Assembly (NCBI RefSeq): GCF_006345805.1 | Contig: NW_021832094.1 | Location: 1 to 38,647, forward strand | Length of the DNA: 38,647 nt | Direction: 5' to 3' | From: Octopus sinensis | Taxonomy: Eukaryota | Shown here: positions 33,776-38,647 of the stretch, one piece after another | Numbering within the stretch: position 1 is the stretch's first letter | How the letters are laid out: each line of letters starts with the position of its first letter | Notes under the pieces: generated by a model | The model's input: only the letters and a program-made list of their open reading frames with translations | What the model was told of the DNA's origin: nothing | Databases searched by the model: none | Made by a program: the position numbers and the translations under genes

Positions 33776-34182
33776 TCTTCTTTATATATAAAGCTGAAGT
33801 TGTCTGTGTGTCTGGGGGGGGGGGCAGGTTTGGTAGCCTTCAACAAACACTATCTTCTCCGAGACCCTGCGGCGCAAGTTGACCAAAATTGAGAGTATGA
33901 TAGAAAGCTTGCTCTTCATTCCGTAGAAGAAAAAATTCAAATCGGACCATGTTAACACCAAAAATTATTTACATCAAAAAGGTGCTTTTTTTCTATGAAA
34001 ATCCCTATTTTTTACGATTTGTTGCCTGCTGTATCGCCATTTTTCGGTGTATTTCAACCAGAAAATTGTTCACTTAAAGAGAATAACAAGCTACATAATG
34101 CAAAACTTTTACTTTTCAAAAATTCCAATTCTAAAGGGTCGGAAAGAAAACAAACACAAGAAACGCCGGGCTATACTATTAG
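33776..34182 (+). mobile_element. Non-autonomous Helitron, copy 2
   Basis: A|TC start, colinear with 8217-8607, AACGCCGGG hairpin remnant, TTAG|T end. Confidence 0.82.
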
Positions 34183-34954
34183 TATAATATAATCACATCT
34201 AGAATTATGAAAGGTAAAGAGAAACTCAGCATCCTCGGTGTTTAGCCCTATGTCAGTCTTTACCAAGCAAATTTATGATCAAAGCCTTCCCAGTCATGAT
34301 TATCTCTGGCTTTGGGTGAAAGAAAATTCAGGGGGATCAGTTAATTATGATTTTTACTGAAAGTAATCCCCTCTGAGATTCACACACCTATTGCAGCGGA
34401 ACTTCAGTTTTTTCAGTGTAGAAGAATGTTGAGCCTCCAGCCAGGCCTTTCACGATAGTCTTAAAGCCATGAATTTTGAACACCCGCTCATATATATTAT
34501 ACATGCAAATGCACGCTAAAGAACAAACACACACATGCACACACATATTTATATATGTTTTGTCCTTTCTATCACGTCATAGGAATGTGGAAAGAGAAAG
34601 CACTGGCTACGCTGAGAGAGATGGAGGAAAGAAAGAAAGCAAATATTATCATAAATAAAGAGAAATAAAATAAATTGACAGGTGTGAACGTGACAGGGTC
34701 AAAGAGAAGAAGGTAATTTACAGAGAGCAGTAAGCAATAAGAATGTTAACGAGATAGGTAGCCTAACGAGCAGACAGCGAATTATAGAGAGGAAAAGATA
34801 TCGTAGTGGGTGATGGAAACAGAAAAATAGAGGTCGACAATATAGGTGATAAATAAGAGAGGTAACTTGAAAAAAGTAACGAAGGAAAGGAAAGCAGTGA
34901 TTCTATTGAAAGAGATAGAATAAAGAAAGTATTATAAAGAAAAGTGAATTTGTC

Positions 34955-34955
34955 T

Positions 34956-35017
<62 letters not shown>

Positions 35018-35135
35018 GTGTGTGTATGTATGTATGTATGTATATGCAATGAGAGAGAGAGAGAGAGGGAGAGTGACAGACAGACGAAGAGAGAAGGGAG
35101 GGAGAGAGAAGGAGAGAGAGAGAGAGAGAGAGAGA
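34955..35135. repeat. (CA)n-(ATGT)n-(GA)n
   Basis: Direct inspection. Confidence 0.95.
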
Positions 35136-35565
35136 AGTAGCCTGTAGGCAGCCAGGAGACAAGACAGGCAGTCAAGCGAGCATATAGGGAAATATAGGCG
35201 AGTGTTTGGTGAAGGGTGTGAGGAAAGAGATAGTGCAAGTTAGAGAGAAGTGGTAAGAATTTAGCTTATAAGTAGCTGAGGGGAATTAGAAAAGTACGTG
35301 CTTAAATAAATAACAGACGTACAGAAAGTGTGGGTATGATAGAGTTGGAAATATATAGAAAAGAAAATCGCGAATGATATCAAAGAAGTGGGTGGGAGAA
35401 AAGATTTTGGAGAAATATCGAAATGAGCTGGTGGCATTTAAGCATGACTATATACATACATACATACATACATGCATGCATACACACATACATACATACA
35501 TATATTTGCCTATACGGTTTTTGTGCTTGCAGCCACTAATATTATTTCTTATGAATGATAATGTT

Positions 35566-35616
<51 letters not shown>

Positions 35617-35753
35617 CTATATAGATATATTTATATACACGTGTTAGCGTGTGTGTATGCATATAAGAGTATATATATGCGTGTGTGGGTGCGTTCATAT
35701 ATGCATAATATATGTATATATAGATATGCATACATAGCGATATAGATAGATAG

Positions 35754-35793
<40 letters not shown>

Positions 35794-36201
35794 TAGAAGT
35801 AATGAAAGGAATGAGTCAGTAAGAATAAAAGAACGGAGATCATGAACGGAAGGAAGTGGAGACGACTTTTTAAATACACAACAGATAATCGCTAATCAAA
35901 CAAAGAAAGAAATTCTCAGTCACGGAGAAGCTACTCGCCATTTTCAAGCTTCAGAAAGAAGATGGACATTATCACAAGATGCCAATGGTCAGTGTAAGCT
36001 GGAGGGAAATAGAAGTAGTGCAAAAGGGCAACAACAAACACAATAAGTATAAAAGAAGAAAGACTTGAGGTAAAACTAATAATAATTGGAAGAAGACACA
36101 ATGAAATGAATAAAAGGAAAAAAATATGGCTTCGTGCAAAAAGATTAAGTAGTAAGGAAAGAAGGCGCAAATAAAGATCGTTAGTTTGAATGGGTAATCC
36201 G

Positions 36202-36204
<3 letters not shown>

Positions 36205-36280
<76 letters not shown>

Positions 36281-36303
36281 ATATCTGTCTATCTATTTAT
36301 CTA

Positions 36304-36349
<46 letters not shown>

Positions 36350-36372
36350 TATATATATATATATACATATAT
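36205..36372. repeat. (ATCT)n-(CT)n-(TA)n
   Basis: Direct inspection. Confidence 0.95.
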
Positions 36373-36610
36373 AGGGAGAATTCACAAAAAAAACAACAAA
36401 AGGCGAAGACAGGTGGTGTAGAAAACAAACAGATGTATTAGTATAACACTTGGGAATTGCAAAAGTCTTTAACGTTTCGAGCCAATGCTCTCCCACAGAA
36501 AGGAACGCAGAAAGAAACAAGGAGAGAAAAAAGGTGCAGTGGCTAGCGATCTATCATGGCGAATACCGGACAGAAGGGTCACACAGGAGAGCTAAGAAGA
36601 AGGGGAGCTA
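36370..36610 (-). mobile_element. Second Penelope-type terminal repeat
   Basis: Reverse complement GCCATGATAGATCGCTAGCCACTGCACC...GCTCGAAACGTTAAAGACTT...ATACTAATACA...CACCTGTCTTCG is colinear with 21300-21525. Confidence 0.75.
36466..36503 (-). ncRNA. Minimal hammerhead motif, A6U family, second copy
   Basis: CCTTT-CTGTGGG-A-GAGC(ATTG)GCTC-GAAA-CGTT-AAAGA. Confidence 0.65.
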
Positions 36611-36619
36611 ACAAAGTAG

Positions 36620-36651
<32 letters not shown>

Positions 36652-36699
36652 CTATATATATATATATATATATAAATACGCATATATGTATGTATATAT

Positions 36700-37145
36700 A
36701 TTCTGTCCTTTATCTTTTACTTGTTTCAGTTATTAGTCTGTGGTCATACTGGGATATCGCTTTGAAGAATTTTTAGTCGAATGTATCGACGCTATTACTT
36801 TTTTAAAAACCTGGTTCTTATTCTATACGGACTTTCGCCGAACTGCTAGGTTACAGGGACGTAAACACACCGATACCGGTTGTCAAGATGTGGTGGGGAA
36901 CAAACACAAACATAAAGACGCACGCACACATACCCATGCACGCGCACGCATGCACACACACACACACACACACACACACACCACACACACGACGGCCTAC
37001 TTTCAGTTTCTGTCTACCAAATTCATTCACAAGGCCTTAGTCGGCCTGAGGCTATAGTAGAAACCACCTTCCGAAGGTGCCTCACAGTGAGACTGAACCC
37101 AGAACCATGTGGATGGTAAACAAGCTTCTTGCCACACAACTACGT
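36700..37145 (-). mobile_element. Old family D SINE with internal (CA)n
   Basis: Tail TCTTTTACTTGTTTCAG through head GAGACTGAACCCAGAACCATGTGG...CCACACAAC. Confidence 0.8.
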
Positions 37146-37249
37146 CTATATATGTACTTATTATCAATACATATATGTAAATTGATGTGTATGTAAATAA
37201 ATAAATATATATAAAAATACATACAAACATATTATATATATACATATAT

Positions 37250-37512
37250 ATTCTTTTATTCTTTTACTTGTTTCAGTCATTCGATTGCGGCCATGCTGGA
37301 GTTCAGCCCTGAAGAGTTTTAGTCAAACAAATCGACCTCAGGATTTATGTCTCAAGCCTAGTACTTATTCTATTAGATACGTTTGGCGAACTGCTAAGTT
37401 ATAGAGATGTAAACACACCAATAACAGTTGTCAAACGGTAACAAGCGGTGGTGGGGAGGAGAAACACAGACACAAAGATACACAGAGATACATAAATATA
37501 CGACGGGCTTTT
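37250..37512 (-). mobile_element. Family D SINE 3' two-thirds
   Basis: TTCTTTTACTTGTTTCAGTCATTCGATTGCGGCCATGCTGGAG...TACGACGGGCTTT. Confidence 0.75.
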
Positions 37513-37879
37513 ATGTGCGCGCGTGTGCGGTATATCTGCTTGTATATAAGAATGATGTACCCAAATGCACACGAGCACAAATGTACACGCCTTCACAGAT
37601 CCCTGTTTACATACATATGCGCACATACACGTACACACATACATGTACATACATAGGCACCTGTATTCATACGTAAACAAGTATGCAAACATCACTTTGC
37701 AGAGATGAGATAATTGACAATTCTCATTCACAATATGTTCTTCCTGTTTCGAAAGAAACAATATATTCTTTACGAGGTCATAATAATGACTTCAAGGAGT
37801 GTGTCGTAACTATTGTCAGAAATATGGTGCAAGCAAATCCATAGACCTAGTCTTCGGTGAACATACCTCTCATGTTTGT

Positions 37880-38135
37880 AATAGTGATGATGATGATGAT
37901 GATGATGATCCTAATAATGACGATGATGATAATGATGAATACAACAACGACCATGACGATAACGACGACGACGACAACGACGATGATTATGATGGGGTGG
38001 ATTTGTAAAATTCTAGAAACTTTGGTGATAGCAATGCATTAGATTCAATATCATTCGATAACACTAAAGGTACTTAAGAAGTAATGACACTACTACTAAT
38101 GCTGCTACCACTCCCACTGCCACTACCGCCACCAC

Positions 38136-38168
<33 letters not shown>

Positions 38169-38215
38169 CATTGTTATTATTACCATCATCATTATTAGTA
38201 TTATTATTATTATTA

Positions 38216-38276
<61 letters not shown>

Positions 38277-38277
38277 A
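37880..38277. repeat. (GAT)/(GAC) and (CTA)/(ATT) trinucleotide tracts
   Basis: Direct inspection. Confidence 0.9.
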
Positions 38278-38278
38278 A

Positions 38279-38647
38279 GGCGGCGAGCTGGTAGAAACGT
38301 TAGCACGCCAGGCGAAATGCTTAGCTGTATTTCGTCTGTCGACTTTGCCTTTCATCATTTCAGAGTCAATAAAATAAGTACAAGTTGCGTACTGGAGTCG
38401 ATCTAATCGACTGGCCCCGTCCCCCAAAATTTCGGGCCTTGTGCCAAGACCAGAAAAGAAGTGTTACCGTGACAGACAAAATGTTAAGCAGTAATTGTTC
38501 ATGCTCACTACGTTCTGAGTTAAAATTCCACCGAGGTCGACTTTGCTTTTCTTCAAATCAAGATCGATAAAATATGTATCAGCTGAGCAGTGGAGTCGAT
38601 GTAATTGACTAGACCCCTCCCCCACCCCAAATTCCTGGCCTTGTGCC
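38279..38647 (+). mobile_element. Family A-related SINE lacking its B box, followed by a 5'-truncated second copy from ~38505
   Basis: TTCGTCTGTC|GACTTT junction at ~38338; both copies end AAATT(T/C)C(G/T)GGCCTTGTGCC. Confidence 0.8.

Overview
AT-rich, microsatellite-saturated animal DNA. The SINE families and (TA)n/(ATT)n/(CA)n density strongly suggest an octopus genome (inference). No protein-coding gene can be called with confidence, and almost all listed ORFs are microsatellite or SINE artefacts. The window is a retroelement graveyard containing four tRNA-derived SINE families, decayed RTE/BovB, CR1 and R4/Dong LINE fragments, a Penelope-like element (GIY-YIG endonuclease end), two full non-autonomous Helitrons, a TA-flanked MITE and a 5S rRNA pseudogene. 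Highlights: (1) four minimal type-I hammerhead ribozyme motifs in Penelope-type terminal repeats, from two families. One has an intact CUGAUGA/GAAA core, and one family shares a CUGU (A6U) core in both copies. (2) Three independent TSD-bounded SINE insertions carry head-less 184-bp tandem units. (3) A contiguous, co-oriented 5S-SINE-RTE chain. (4) A ~460-bp duplication anchored at stacked SINE heads. (5) A template-switch hairpin inside the CR1 RT. All family names come from motif recognition, not database searches.
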